64,000 bases of DNA from an uncultured Thermoplasmata archaeon (GCA_963708255.1 CAVPSE010000005.1:94062-158061); one strand, 5' to 3'. Shown: positions 1 through 9,956, counted from the first letter of the stretch. Numbers and translations: made by a program. Notes: generated by a model not told the origin, from the sequence alone.

Positions 1-355
1 CGGGATCGATCCCGAGGGCTCGGGCCTTCTCGCCGACCCGGAACGGATGGAACCGGTTCGATCCCTCCAGGAGCGAGATCCGTCCGCCGGCCCGGACGCA
101 CCCCGCGTAGAGGGTCTCCAGGAGCGGCTCCACGGAGCGGGACGGCCCCACCAATAGCGTCGCCTCGGACGGGGCGAACCGCCGGCCGAACCAGTCGAAC
201 AGCCCGGCACCTCCCTCGGGAAGGACCGGAACGGACGGGGCGGCCGGTGTCGGATGTCCTCGCGGCCGGGACCGTACCCGACGCGCCCGGAGGGGACGGG
301 GGAACCGGGGGACCGAGAGGCTCGATGGGATGGCGGTCGATGCAGTGGCGACCAT
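1..355 (-). CDS. Degenerate RecA/RadA-like protein, N-terminal part (runs off the window edge)
   Basis: Hand translation from the ATG at 355: ...EATLLVGPSRSVEPLLETLYAGCVRAGGRISLLEGSNRFHPFRVGEKARALGIDP. This resembles the Rad51/RadA 'DxxNxFxPxxIxxxAxxxGLDP' segment but has no GxxxxGKT Walker A. TTAA promoter-like element near 391. Confidence 0.55.
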   Translation of the reverse strand, partial: MVATASTAIPSSLSVPRFPRPLRARRVRSRPRGHPTPAAPSVPVLPEGGAGLFDWFGRRFAPSEATLLVGPSRSVEPLLETLYAGCVRAGGRISLLEGSNRFHPFRVGEKARALGIDP

Positions 356-553
356 CGGTAGACCCGACCCATCGAGGCGGAGGTCGGACCTTAAGGGAAC
401 GACCGGAGAGAACGAAACGGCTCGGGGACGGCCGTTTCCCTCGACGGGAGCTTGCTCGACCGGCGCGGCTGTCGACCTCGTCTCGGAACGAGGACCGGCC
501 CTCGCGCCCCCTTCCCGAAAAGCAGGATAAGGGACAGGGCGTTTCACCTGGGG

Positions 554-1012
554 ATGCTGTTCCATCGAAAACCGAAGACCGACCCGGTGAGCCCACCGCC
601 GGTCGACGCCCCTCCACCGGCCCCCGGGCTGCCCCCGCCCCCTCCCCCGCCGCCTCCACCGCCCCTCCCTTCGGAGGCCCCGGGAGCGAGCCCCCCGCCC
701 GGTTCGGTCCAGTTCCGGGTGGCCGCGGTGATGTACGTCCGGGTCGTGGGGATCGCGGCCGTCGGCACGGTCCAGTCGGGGATCCTTCGGGTCGGCATGC
801 GACTGCGCGTACAGCGCGGGGGGGCCGAGGTCCCGGGAATGCCGTTGGTCGAGGTCAAGAAGATCTCGATCTCCATGCCCACCCGGGTCGAGCTCTACCG
901 GGACCAGTACGGCAAGAACGTCGAGGAGGCGGGCCCGGGCTTCCAGATCGGGATCGTGGTCGAGGGGATCCCCAAGGACGCCCTGCGAGCGGGGGACCTG
1001 CTGTACGAGTAG
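554..1012 (+). CDS. Stand-alone EF-Tu/EF-1A domain II-like beta-barrel protein with a Pro-rich N-terminus
   Basis: FRVAAVMYVRVVGIAAVGTVQSGILRVG...VEEAGPGFQIGIVVEGIPKDALRAGDLL matches the translation-factor domain II pattern. No GTPase domain. Confidence 0.7.
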   Translation: MLFHRKPKTDPVSPPPVDAPPPAPGLPPPPPPPPPPPLPSEAPGASPPPGSVQFRVAAVMYVRVVGIAAVGTVQSGILRVGMRLRVQRGGAEVPGMPLVEVKKISISMPTRVELYRDQYGKNVEEAGPGFQIGIVVEGIPKDALRAGDLLYE

Positions 1013-1131
1013 TCGCCGGTCCGGGCCGATCCGGTCCCGGGAGGGCCGTCGACGTTCCGAACGACGGGAACGCCCCCGGGGGAACCTTTATCGCGCCCCG
1101 TCCGCCTCTCTCGTTCCGAGGGCGCGCGCGG

Positions 1132-1467
1132 ATGCCCACCTGTCCCAACTGTCAGAAGCCGATGTCGCCGGGGTTCCTCGGTTCCGAGAGCCTCGTGAGC
1201 GGTTCGAAATGGTTCCTGGAGCGGACCCGCCTCGCGTTCGGGGGAGAGGAGATCGCGAAGCCGAACAACTTCGGGATGGTCTACATCCCCGGCTTCCGGT
1301 GCCGGGACTGCCACACCCTGCTGCTCCAGGTACTCGGCCGATCCGAAGGCCCCACCTCCGTAACCGTCAGGCGAAGAGCCGGGCGCTCCACGGAGGCGGC
1401 GGAAGCTCGAGGAGCTCCGAGAGGGTACGGGCGTTGGCGGCGGCGTCGCCGCGGAAGTGGTTGTTGA
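1132..1467 (+). CDS. Small zinc-ribbon protein (DUF6487-like); 3' end uncertain
   Basis: MPTCPNCQKPMSPGFL...GFRCRDCHTLLL (two CxxC). TTTAT box about 40 nt upstream. The tail overlaps the convergent DUF72 gene, so the real stop is probably near 1335. Confidence 0.6.
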   Translation: MPTCPNCQKPMSPGFLGSESLVSGSKWFLERTRLAFGGEEIAKPNNFGMVYIPGFRCRDCHTLLLQVLGRSEGPTSVTVRRRAGRSTEAAEARGAPRGYGRWRRRRRGSGC

Positions 1468-2133
1468 AGAACCCGTACACCGGCTCCGGCCCGTCGGCGA
1501 GGTTGCGGATCCGCGGGGCCCACGCCTCGAGCTGATCGCGGGGGTACGGGTAGTCGTACCAGAGCGGCTCGCCGTGGCCGTGCCACCTCACGTAGACGAA
1601 CGGGCCGGTCCGCTCCAGACGGATCGGGAGGAGCGGCTCGTCGACGATCACGTACGAGAGCCGGAACTCCCGGAGGAGGTCGAACGACGCGTCGGAGAGC
1701 CACGACCCCTCCCGGAACTCCACGGCGACCGGGAGGTCGGGGGGAGGGACTCGTAGAAGGAACGGACCGCCCCGGGGTCGAACTTGAGCGAGGGCGGGAG
1801 CTGAAGGAGCGCGGCCGCGAACTTCCCGGCGGCCCGGAGCGGGGCCAGCACCTGGAGGAACGCCCGGAGCTCCTCGCCCGTGTCCACCAGGCGGCGCTCG
1901 TGGGTGATCGTCTGCGGGAACTTGGCCGTGAACCGGAACTTCGATGGCGTTCGGCGCACCCAGGACTCCACGACGCTGACCGGAGGCAGCCGGTAGAAGC
2001 TGGTGTTCACCTCCACGATCGGGAACATCTGGGCGTAGTGCCGGAGCCGGTCGATCCCCGCACGGCGTGGGTAGACCCGACCGACCCACTCCGGGTAGTC
2101 CCACCCGCTGGTACCCAGGATCACCTCGCCCAT
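1367..2133 (-). CDS. DUF72 (YecE-like) protein, frameshift near 1740
   Basis: ILGTSGWDYPEW, VEVNTSFY and LLQLPPS in one frame; AVEFR, YVRWHG and FFNNH in another. The break is at a G run. Confidence 0.88.
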
Positions 2134-2292
2134 GCGGCCCTCGGCGACCGATGACGGTTCGAGGGTAAGAAGCGCGTCCGGGGGGTCGAGAAACGGGGGC
2201 CGGACCCTCGGGCGGAGCCGACGCGTAGCGTGCCCGGAACAAACCTAAAATACGATGACCTAGTGGAAACGGTACTCGGGGGACATCTAGCG

Positions 2293-2571
2293 ATGGTCCA
2301 GGTCGACATTCAGATCGAGAAGTGCACGGGGTGCGCCCACTGCCGCGACGTTTGCCCGGTGAACGTCTTCGAGCTCAAACCTCGGGACCAGTTCCCCAAC
2401 CTCGTCGACGACCCCGGCGTCGCCGCCAAGTTCCAGTTCCGCGCCGAGCGGTCCGTGGCCGTCAATGGCCCGGAGTGCATCGTGTGCGAGGCGTGCCTGT
2501 TCGAGTGCGAAGGCGAATGCATCGTCATCACGGATGACGAGGGCCACGTCCACCACTCGACGTACAAGTAA
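2293..2571 (+). CDS. 2[4Fe-4S] ferredoxin
   Basis: CTGCAHCRDVCP and CIVCEACLFEC motifs. Confidence 0.88.
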   Translation: MVQVDIQIEKCTGCAHCRDVCPVNVFELKPRDQFPNLVDDPGVAAKFQFRAERSVAVNGPECIVCEACLFECEGECIVITDDEGHVHHSTYK

Positions 2572-2667
2572 CGACCTCCCCGCCCTCCGCCCGGTCCGAA
2601 CGACAGGCCCCAGGGCTGTCGGCGGTCCCGCGCCAGATTGAAGAGTCGCGGAACCGTTCCCCCGGCC

Positions 2668-3198
2668 ATGCTGGGGGCGCGGGACCGGCAGTACCTCAGC
2701 GTCCTGCTCCCGATCGGGATCGTTGCCGCCGTTCTGATCGACGGGGCCGTCTTCGCGGCCATCGGCTGGCCCGCGCCGCCCGTCCAGCCAGGGGGTCCCT
2801 GCGAAGGGTGTTCCGTGGCCCCCATCGGCACCTCTCTGGCACTCGGTCAACCCCTCGAACAGACCAGCGGTCCGAACCACTGGTACAACTTCACCGTCCA
2901 GTCGGCCGGGGGTGGCATCACTCTGGGCGACATCTCCTTTCAGCTGGTGACCGCGACGGGCGCGGTGGTCGCTCCCGGGGGAAGTTGGTCACTGGTCGTT
3001 CTCGATCTGGAAGGATCGCTCGCTGGAACCTATTCCCTCAGCACGGGCTCGTGGGTCTCGGGGGGCGGTGCGGCCATCACGAGCGGCCAGACCTTCGTCC
3101 TGGACGCGGTGTCGACGGACCTCAGCGGACAGGGCGAGGTCCTGAACGTCATCGGCACCGGCCCGTTCGGGGGCTCGATCAGCGTCGGCATCCCCTGA
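2668..3198 (+). CDS. Membrane-anchored secreted protein with a pilin-like beta domain (paralog 1)
   Basis: N-terminal TM helix and a Ser/Gly/Thr-rich ectodomain. Shares GTS(L/I)AL, HWYN-TV-SA, VTATG and G-W-SGG with the next gene. Confidence 0.65.
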   Translation: MLGARDRQYLSVLLPIGIVAAVLIDGAVFAAIGWPAPPVQPGGPCEGCSVAPIGTSLALGQPLEQTSGPNHWYNFTVQSAGGGITLGDISFQLVTATGAVVAPGGSWSLVVLDLEGSLAGTYSLSTGSWVSGGGAAITSGQTFVLDAVSTDLSGQGEVLNVIGTGPFGGSISVGIP

Positions 3199-3252
3199 CC
3201 CCGGTGCTGAACCTTCGGAACCATCATCTCCACTGAGCGTGCTCCCGCGTAC

Positions 3253-3798
3253 GTGGGCCTCTCTCCGCGGGGCCGGTGGCTGGTGATCATCGCCTCGCTG
3301 GCGGTCGTGCTCGCTGTTTCGCTCGTCGGAGTCCTGACGGCCGCGCAGGGGAACCTGTTCTGGCTGGGCGGCGCCTCGTCCCCCGCGTGCGGGGGGTCGC
3401 CGGACGGGTCGGGCACCCCGCTCGGGACCTCCATCGCCCTCAGCACGCCGTCGGAGCAGGTCTGGGGCCATCACCACTGGTACAACTCCACGGTCGAATC
3501 CGCCGTCCCTCAGCTCGCCTGGAGCGAGATGGGCATTCAGGTCGTCACGGCCACCGGATCCAACGTCACCCCGGCGAGCGACTGGGCTGGCGGGGTCCTC
3601 AGTAGCACCGGCTCTTGGGTGGCGTTCTTCGGGTTCTCCAACGGAACCTGGATCTCGGGGGGCGAGACCGCCGTCGAGAGCTCGCAATCCCTCGTCATCG
3701 ACTCGGGCACGACGGGGCTGGCGGGCGTGGGGGACCAACTGATGGTGACCTTCCACTCGGCATGCCTCCAGGGCTCCATCTCCGTCAACATTCCCTGA
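3253..3798 (+). CDS. Membrane-anchored secreted protein with a pilin-like beta domain (paralog 2)
   Basis: Tandem paralog of 2668-3198 with the same motifs and a GSISVxIP C-terminus. Confidence 0.65.
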   Translation: MGLSPRGRWLVIIASLAVVLAVSLVGVLTAAQGNLFWLGGASSPACGGSPDGSGTPLGTSIALSTPSEQVWGHHHWYNSTVESAVPQLAWSEMGIQVVTATGSNVTPASDWAGGVLSSTGSWVAFFGFSNGTWISGGETAVESSQSLVIDSGTTGLAGVGDQLMVTFHSACLQGSISVNIP

Positions 3799-3909
3799 GC
3801 CACCGACCAGGGCGGATCGTAGCGGCGCCCCCGGGACGGCGCGCCCGGGCTAACGGAAGAGATTCCGTGCCTCAGGCGTTAAATAGCCAAGTTCCCCGAC
3901 GGGGACGCC

Positions 3910-4248
3910 GTGCCTGAGGGGGGAGCCGACGCCGGGCGGACGATCGTGCTGGGCGAGCGCGAGCTTGCCATCGGTTTCCGTCTGATCGGCTTCAAGGACG
4001 TGGTCCAAGTGACCCCCCAGACGGCCGCCTCGGAGTTTCGCCGCGTCATGGAGTCCGGGGAGTTCAGCCTCGTCGTAGCCAGCCAGTCGGTGGCGAAGGC
4101 CCTCACGGAGACCCAGCGTCTCCACGCAGAGTCGTCGCTCAAGCCCCTGGTGGTGTTCGTCCCGTCCCCCGACGGGACGTACGAGATCGAGAGCATCAGC
4201 ACCCTCGCGAAGAGGGTGCTCGGCGTGTCCCTGGCGATGCCAGGGTAG
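3910..4248 (+). CDS. atpF: A/V-type ATP synthase subunit F
   Basis: IVLGERELAIGFRLIG...LAKRVLGV, directly upstream of subunit A. TTAAATA box at about 3879. Confidence 0.9.
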   Translation: MPEGGADAGRTIVLGERELAIGFRLIGFKDVVQVTPQTAASEFRRVMESGEFSLVVASQSVAKALTETQRLHAESSLKPLVVFVPSPDGTYEIESISTLAKRVLGVSLAMPG

Positions 4249-4259
4249 GGAGAAGTTCC

Positions 4260-7200
4260 ATGGGAGTCGTCGCACGGGTCAGCGGTCCGGTCGTCGTCGC
4301 CGAAGGCCTCGAGGGCGCCAAGATGTTCGACGTCGTCCGCGTCGGCACGCTGGGGCTCGTGGGGGAGATCATCCGGCTGGTCGGCGAGACGGCCACGGTG
4401 CAGGTCTACGAGGACACCACGGGGATCCGCCCGGGCGACCCGGTGGAGAACACCGGCCAGGCGCTCTCGGTGGAGCTGGGTCCGGGGCTGCTCAAGTCCA
4501 TCTACGACGGGGTCCAGCGCCCCTTGGACGTCCTCAAGAAGAACCTCGGGGACTTCATCACCCGCGGTTTCGTCGCCCCGCCTCTCGACGAGAAGACGGT
4601 CTGGGAGTTCACAGCCATCGCCAAACCGGGTGCCGATGTCACCGGCGGGGCGGTCCTCGGGACCGTCCAGGAGACGCCGCTCATCCTGCACAAGATCATG
4701 GTGCCCCCGGGCATGGCGGGGAAGCTCGAGGAGCTGAAGAGCGGCTCCTACACGATCCGCGACCCCATCGGCTCGATCCGCACCTCGACCGGGAAGGTCC
4801 CGGTGTTCCTCTCGCAGAGGTGGGTCGTCCGTATCCCCCGCCCGGTCCAACAGAAGCTCGCGCCGGGCATCCCGCTGCTCACCGGCCAGCGTGTCATCGA
4901 CACGTTCTTCCCCATCGCGAAGGGCGGGACAGCGTGTATCCCCGGGCCGTTCGGGAGCGGCAAGTGTGTCTCGGGTGACACCCCCATGGCTCTCCGCGAT
5001 GGCGGTATCGTCCCCATCGCCAACCTGTACGACTGGGCTCGCCAGCATGGCGAGGTCACTATCGATGGGTCCGACGAGTGGTACCAGCTCCGGGACCCGA
5101 TCCGGCTCTATTCGATGGTCGGCGACCGTGTGGTCCCGAGCGAGAGTTGGACCTTCTACAAGGGGCGCAGTGACTCTCTCGTCCGCGTACGCACCCGGAG
5201 CGGCCGAAGCGTTCGGCTCACCCCGATCCACCGCCTCTTCACGTTCGGTCCCGACGGGGGGATGCGGGAGACGATGGCGAAGGACCTCCGCCCGGGAGAC
5301 TACGTCGCATCCGTACGGCAGCTTCCCGACGGGGGCATCGATGCCAAGCTCGATATCCAGCTCCCCAAGCTCCAACGCCGCGGCAAGCCCATCCGGGTAC
5401 CGGAACGGATGACCCCCGATCTGGCCGAGTACCTCGGCCTGTACATCGCCGAAGGGTACCTCCGTGGCGGCCAGACGGTCGTCTTCACCAACTCAGACCC
5501 AGAGCTCCGCTCACGGTTCCTCGCCCTCACCCGGACCCTGTTCGGCATAGAAGGCGTCGAGGAGTTCCAACCCGGTAAGACCCCCAACGTCCTCGTCCAC
5601 AGCGTCTCTATCCTGAGGCTCATGGTGGCGCTGGGCTGCGGCGGCAACGGACATCAGAAGAGGGTTCCCCCGTCGGTCCTCGCGGCGCGATCCGAGGCCG
5701 TCGGTGCGTTCCTCCGTGGCTACTTCCTCGGGGACGGTACCATGTCGAAGCGGGAGGTGGAGTTCTGCACCGCCAGCTCCGAGCTCCAGACGGGGCTCGT
5801 CTACGCGCTCAGCCGGTTCCGCGTGGTCTCGACCATGGGCCGGCGGACCGTCGATGGCACACCGTACTACCGCGTCTTTGTCCGGGGGATCGAAAGCCTG
5901 GGTCGCCTCGCCTCGGCGATGGGATCGGATGCCCCGAAGGTCGAGCGGATCCGGGAGTACGTCCGTGCCCAGCGCTCGACCTACACGGCCACCGATGTCG
6001 TCCCGCTGTCGCCCGAGGCGATCGAACGTCTGTATCGGGACAACTTCCGATACCGCGACCTGCTCGCCGAACGGATCGAGATCCACAACTACATCGGCAA
6101 CCGGGAGCGGATGAGCGTCCCCACCTTCCAGAGGATGATGGACAGCCCCCGTTCGTTCGGGAACCCCGAGATGAGCGAGGCGGAGCCGGAGGCGTACCGG
6201 CTCTCGGGGCTCGTTGACTGGTTCTACTGCGACGAGATCGTCGAGGTCGAGCCCGAGACCCAGGGACCGTACGACGTGTACGATGTCTCGCTCCCCGACT
6301 TCGGGGCAAATTTCGTCGGCGGCCACGGCGGGATGCTCCTCCACAACACCGTCACGCAGCAACAGCTCGCGAAGTGGGCCGACTCGGACGTGGTCGTCTA
6401 CGTCGGCTGCGGGGAACGCGGGAACGAGATGACGGAGGTGCTGGCCACCTTCCCGAACCTCCAGGACCCCAAGTCCGGCCGCCCGCTCATGGAGCGGACG
6501 ATCCTCATCGCCAACACCTCCAACATGCCGGTGGCCGCCCGGGAGGCGAGCGTGTATACCGGGATCACGATCGCCGAGTACTACCGCGACATGGGCTACG
6601 ACGTCGCCTTGATGGCCGACTCCACGAGCCGGTGGGCCGAGGCGATGCGGGAGATCTCCGGCCGTCTCGAGGAGATGCCGGGCGAAGAAGGGTACCCCGC
6701 GTACCTGGGCCGTCGTATCGCCGAGTTCTACGAACGCGCGGGGCGGGTTATCACCGTCTCCCCCGAAGGGCGGCCGGGCTCCGTCACCGTCGTCGGGGCC
6801 GTTTCGCCGCCGGGCGGGGACTTCGCCGAGCCGGTGAGCCAGAACACCTTGCGGGTCGCCCGGGTATTCTGGGCCCTGGACGCCTCGCTCGCCTCGCGCC
6901 GCCACTTCCCCTCGATCAACTGGCTGCAGAGCTACTCGCTCTACGTCGGCGACATCGAGCCATGGTACCGGGCGAACATCGCGAAGGACTGGGTCGCCCT
7001 CCGCCAGAAGGCGCTGGAGGTCCTCCAGAAGGAGTCCGAGCTCCAGGAGATCGTGCAGCTCGTGGGCGCGGATGCACTCCCCGAGCGGGAGAAGGCGGTT
7101 CTGGACGTCGCGCGGATGCTGCGGGAGGACTACCTGCAGCAGTCGGCCTACGACGACGTGGACACGTACACCTCCATCGCGAAGCAATACCGCATGCTGA

Positions 7201-7397
7201 AGACGCTCCTTCTGTTCGGCGACAAGGAACAGGAGGCGATCGGTCGGGGCGCCCGGACGTCGGACCTCCAGAAGCTCCCTGTCCGCGCGAAGCTCTCGAG
7301 GATGAAGTGGATCCCTGAGAAGGAGCTGAACGCCCAGTTCGACTCTCTGGAGAACGAGATGAGCCAGGCGGTTTCGGCCCTGGCCGGGAGCACGTAG
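4260..7397 (+). CDS. atpA: A/V-type ATP synthase subunit A containing an intein
   Basis: GPFGSGK|intein|TVTQ, YVGCGERGNEM, EEMPGEEGYPAYL. The extein is 584 aa. Confidence 0.97.
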   Translation: MGVVARVSGPVVVAEGLEGAKMFDVVRVGTLGLVGEIIRLVGETATVQVYEDTTGIRPGDPVENTGQALSVELGPGLLKSIYDGVQRPLDVLKKNLGDFITRGFVAPPLDEKTVWEFTAIAKPGADVTGGAVLGTVQETPLILHKIMVPPGMAGKLEELKSGSYTIRDPIGSIRTSTGKVPVFLSQRWVVRIPRPVQQKLAPGIPLLTGQRVIDTFFPIAKGGTACIPGPFGSGKCVSGDTPMALRDGGIVPIANLYDWARQHGEVTIDGSDEWYQLRDPIRLYSMVGDRVVPSESWTFYKGRSDSLVRVRTRSGRSVRLTPIHRLFTFGPDGGMRETMAKDLRPGDYVASVRQLPDGGIDAKLDIQLPKLQRRGKPIRVPERMTPDLAEYLGLYIAEGYLRGGQTVVFTNSDPELRSRFLALTRTLFGIEGVEEFQPGKTPNVLVHSVSILRLMVALGCGGNGHQKRVPPSVLAARSEAVGAFLRGYFLGDGTMSKREVEFCTASSELQTGLVYALSRFRVVSTMGRRTVDGTPYYRVFVRGIESLGRLASAMGSDAPKVERIREYVRAQRSTYTATDVVPLSPEAIERLYRDNFRYRDLLAERIEIHNYIGNRERMSVPTFQRMMDSPRSFGNPEMSEAEPEAYRLSGLVDWFYCDEIVEVEPETQGPYDVYDVSLPDFGANFVGGHGGMLLHNTVTQQQLAKWADSDVVVYVGCGERGNEMTEVLATFPNLQDPKSGRPLMERTILIANTSNMPVAAREASVYTGITIAEYYRDMGYDVALMADSTSRWAEAMREISGRLEEMPGEEGYPAYLGRRIAEFYERAGRVITVSPEGRPGSVTVVGAVSPPGGDFAEPVSQNTLRVARVFWALDASLASRRHFPSINWLQSYSLYVGDIEPWYRANIAKDWVALRQKALEVLQKESELQEIVQLVGADALPEREKAVLDVARMLREDYLQQSAYDDVDTYTSIAKQYRMLKTLLLFGDKEQEAIGRGARTSDLQKLPVRAKLSRMKWIPEKELNAQFDSLENEMSQAVSALAGST
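4965..6347 (+). mobile_element. Intein with LAGLIDADG homing endonuclease (461 aa) in the P-loop of AtpA
   Basis: Begins CVSGDT, has block B LTPIHRLF, LAGLIDADG-like LGLYIAEG and LRGYFLGDG, block F VYDVSL, and ends LHN followed by Thr. Confidence 0.95.
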
Positions 7398-8822
7398 ATG
7401 GCGCAGTCAAAGCCCTCGGGCCGCGGCGTACCCAAGGAGGACGTCCCCATCGACTACCGGACCATCGACCGGATCACCGGCCCGTTGCTATTCGTCAAGG
7501 ATGTGGCGAACGCGGCCTACGGCGAGATGGTCGAGATCTCGCTCCCTGACGGCACCCGCCGTCAGGGCCAGGTGCTGGACTCCCGGAAGGGGCTCGCCAT
7601 CGTCCAGGTGTTCGGCCCGACGATGAGCATGAACCTGACTCAGACGTCTGTCAAGTTCCTGGGCGAGGTCGCGACCCTGCCGGTCTCCGACGAGATGCTC
7701 GGCCGCGTGTTCAACGGGCTCGGCGAACCCCGGGACGGCGGTCCGAAGATCATCAGCGAACAGCGGCTCGAGATCACGGGGAACGCGATGAACCCGTACT
7801 CGCGCGAGGAGCCTAGCGAGTTCATCCAGACGGGGCTCTCGAACATCGATGTGATGAACACCCTCGTCCGGGGGCAGAAGCTCCCGATCTTCTCCGGCGC
7901 GGGTCTGCCGCACAACCAGCTCGCGGCCCAGATCGTCCGGCAGGCGAAGCTGCGGGACTCCTCGGAAAGTTTCGCGGTCGTCTTCGCCGCCATGGGGATC
8001 ACCAGCGAGGAAGCGAACTACTTCCTCCGCGAGTTCGAACAGACCGGCGCCCTCGAGCGGACCGTCGTGTTCCTCAACCTGTCGTCGGACCCGTCAATGG
8101 AGCGGGTCATCACCCCGCGGATGGCGCTCACCACCGCCGAGTACCTCGCCTACGAGAAGGACATGCACATCCTCGTGGTGCTCACGGACATGACCAACTA
8201 CTGCGAGGCGCTCCGGGAGATCGCGAGCGCCCGGGAAGAGGTGCCGGGACGCCGCGGCTACCCGGGATACCTCTACACCGACCTGGCGACGCTCTATGAG
8301 CGGGCCGGAAAGATCCAGGGCCGGAAGGGGTCGATCACCCAGCTGCCGATCCTGACGATGCCGGCGGACGACATCACCCACCCGATCCCCGACCTGACCG
8401 GCTACATCACCGAGGGCCAGATCGTGGCGAGCCGGGACCTGCAGCGCCGGGGCGTCTACCCCCCCATCGACGTGCTGCTCTCCCTCTCGCGTCTGATGAA
8501 CCAGGGGATCGGCAAGGGCCGCACCCGGGAGGACCACCGGGGGGTCGCCGACCAGTTGTACGCGAGCTACGCGACGGGGAAGGACCAGCGGGCCTTGTCG
8601 GCGATCGTCGGGGAGGAGGCGCTCAGCGCCACCGACCGGATCTACCTCAAGATCGCCGAGCGGTTCGAGAACGAGTTCGTCAACCAGCGCCCGGACGAGG
8701 ATCGGACCATCGATCAGAGCCTCGCCATCGGCTGGGACATCCTGGCGGACCTTCCCGACTCGGAGCTGAAGCGGATCAAGCCCGAGATGATCGAGAAGTA
8801 CCGCCCGAAGCGGGCCGCCTAG
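7398..8822 (+). CDS. atpB: A/V-type ATP synthase subunit B
   Basis: [48 protein letters not shown]. Confidence 0.97.
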   Translation: MAQSKPSGRGVPKEDVPIDYRTIDRITGPLLFVKDVANAAYGEMVEISLPDGTRRQGQVLDSRKGLAIVQVFGPTMSMNLTQTSVKFLGEVATLPVSDEMLGRVFNGLGEPRDGGPKIISEQRLEITGNAMNPYSREEPSEFIQTGLSNIDVMNTLVRGQKLPIFSGAGLPHNQLAAQIVRQAKLRDSSESFAVVFAAMGITSEEANYFLREFEQTGALERTVVFLNLSSDPSMERVITPRMALTTAEYLAYEKDMHILVVLTDMTNYCEALREIASAREEVPGRRGYPGYLYTDLATLYERAGKIQGRKGSITQLPILTMPADDITHPIPDLTGYITEGQIVASRDLQRRGVYPPIDVLLSLSRLMNQGIGKGRTREDHRGVADQLYASYATGKDQRALSAIVGEEALSATDRIYLKIAERFENEFVNQRPDEDRTIDQSLAIGWDILADLPDSELKRIKPEMIEKYRPKRAA

Positions 8823-8841
8823 ACGAGCCGGGGGAACGGCC

Positions 8842-9482
8842 ATGGCGCAGGAGAACATCCGGCCCACGCGGCTCGAGCTCCTGCGAACGCGCCGGAGGAT
8901 CGTCCTGGCGAAGAAGGGGCTCAACCTTCTGAAGCTGAAGCGCTCCGCCCTCATCGTGGAGTTCTTCGCCCTCTCGAAAGAGGCGATGGCACTTCGGGGG
9001 GACCTCCAGAAGAAGATCGGCCGGGGTACGAGTCGATCCGGGTCGCCGAGATGATGGAGGGGCCGACCCGCCTCGAGAACATCTCCATGCTCCTCCCCGA
9101 CCTCGCGCCGGTCAAGGTCCAGACGAAGAACGTCATGGGCGTCCGAACCCCCCGGGTCGACGCGGGCTCCTATTCGCCGGTCTCGGTGCCGGCGCTCCTC
9201 GACCTGCCCACCTCGGTCCACGAGTCGATCATCCAGTTCCAGGGGATCTACCAGATCGTGCTCGACATCGCCGAGAAGGAGAACGCGCTACGGCGCCTCC
9301 TCCACGAGATCGAGCGGACCAAGCGGCGGGCGAGCGCCATCGAGAACGTCCTGATCCCGCGGCTCCAGGCCACGGTGCGGTACATCAAGTTCCAGTTCGA
9401 CGAGCTGGAGCGGGACGCCTTCAGCATGCTGAAGACCGTCAAGAAGAAAATGGAGGCGGAGGCGAATGCTGCGGTTCAATAG
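8842..9482 (+). CDS. atpD: A/V-type ATP synthase subunit D, frameshift near 9025
   Basis: RPTRLEL...LLKLKR in frame 1; KNVMGV and EIERTKRRASAIENVLIP in frame 2. Confidence 0.9.
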
Positions 9483-9588
9483 GGCCCAGAAGAACTTCCT
9501 CTGGGTGATGCGGATCTCCCTCGCCGCCAAGATCCTCGGGCTCGTCGCCCTCATCGCGATCCTTGCGTATCTCGGAGCAGTAAGATGA
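9466..9588 (+). CDS. 40-aa single-TM micropeptide inside the ATP synthase operon
   Basis: MLRFNRAQKNFLWVMRISLAAKILGLVALIAILAYLGAVR. GGAGG RBS upstream, overlaps the atpD stop, and its TGA overlaps the atpH ATG (ATGA). Confidence 0.7.
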   Translation: MLRFNRAQKNFLWVMRISLAAKILGLVALIAILAYLGAVR

Positions 9589-9956
9589 GCGAACCAATGG
9601 GAGCCGTGCCCGCCGCGAACGTCGAAGCGCTCCGCCGACTGAAGGAGGTCGAGAACGCCTGGGAGACGAAGCTCGCCCAGACCCGCTCGGAGGTCGCCGC
9701 GCGCGTCTCGATCGCCCGGGAGGCGGCCGAGAAGGCGATCCAGGCGGCCCGCGCGGAGATGGACCGTCTCCGGGAGGCGCGCCTCACGGAGGCCCGGGCC
9801 GCGGCCCAGATCGAGGCGGACAAGATCCTCGCCGACGGGCAGCGGGCGGCCCAGACGATCGCCTCCGCCGGTTCCAAGGGGGTCGCCGCCGCCCAGACGA
9901 AGATCCTCGCCGCCGTGCTCGGCGAGTTCCGGAGCAGCTCCTCGGACGGAAAGTAA
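9585..9956 (+). CDS. atpH: A-type ATP synthase peripheral stalk subunit H (G-like)
   Basis: Ala/Glu/Arg-rich coiled coil (EALRRLKEVE...) immediately before subunit I. Confidence 0.8.
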   Translation: MSEPMGAVPAANVEALRRLKEVENAWETKLAQTRSEVAARVSIAREAAEKAIQAARAEMDRLREARLTEARAAAQIEADKILADGQRAAQTIASAGSKGVAAAQTKILAAVLGEFRSSSSDGK

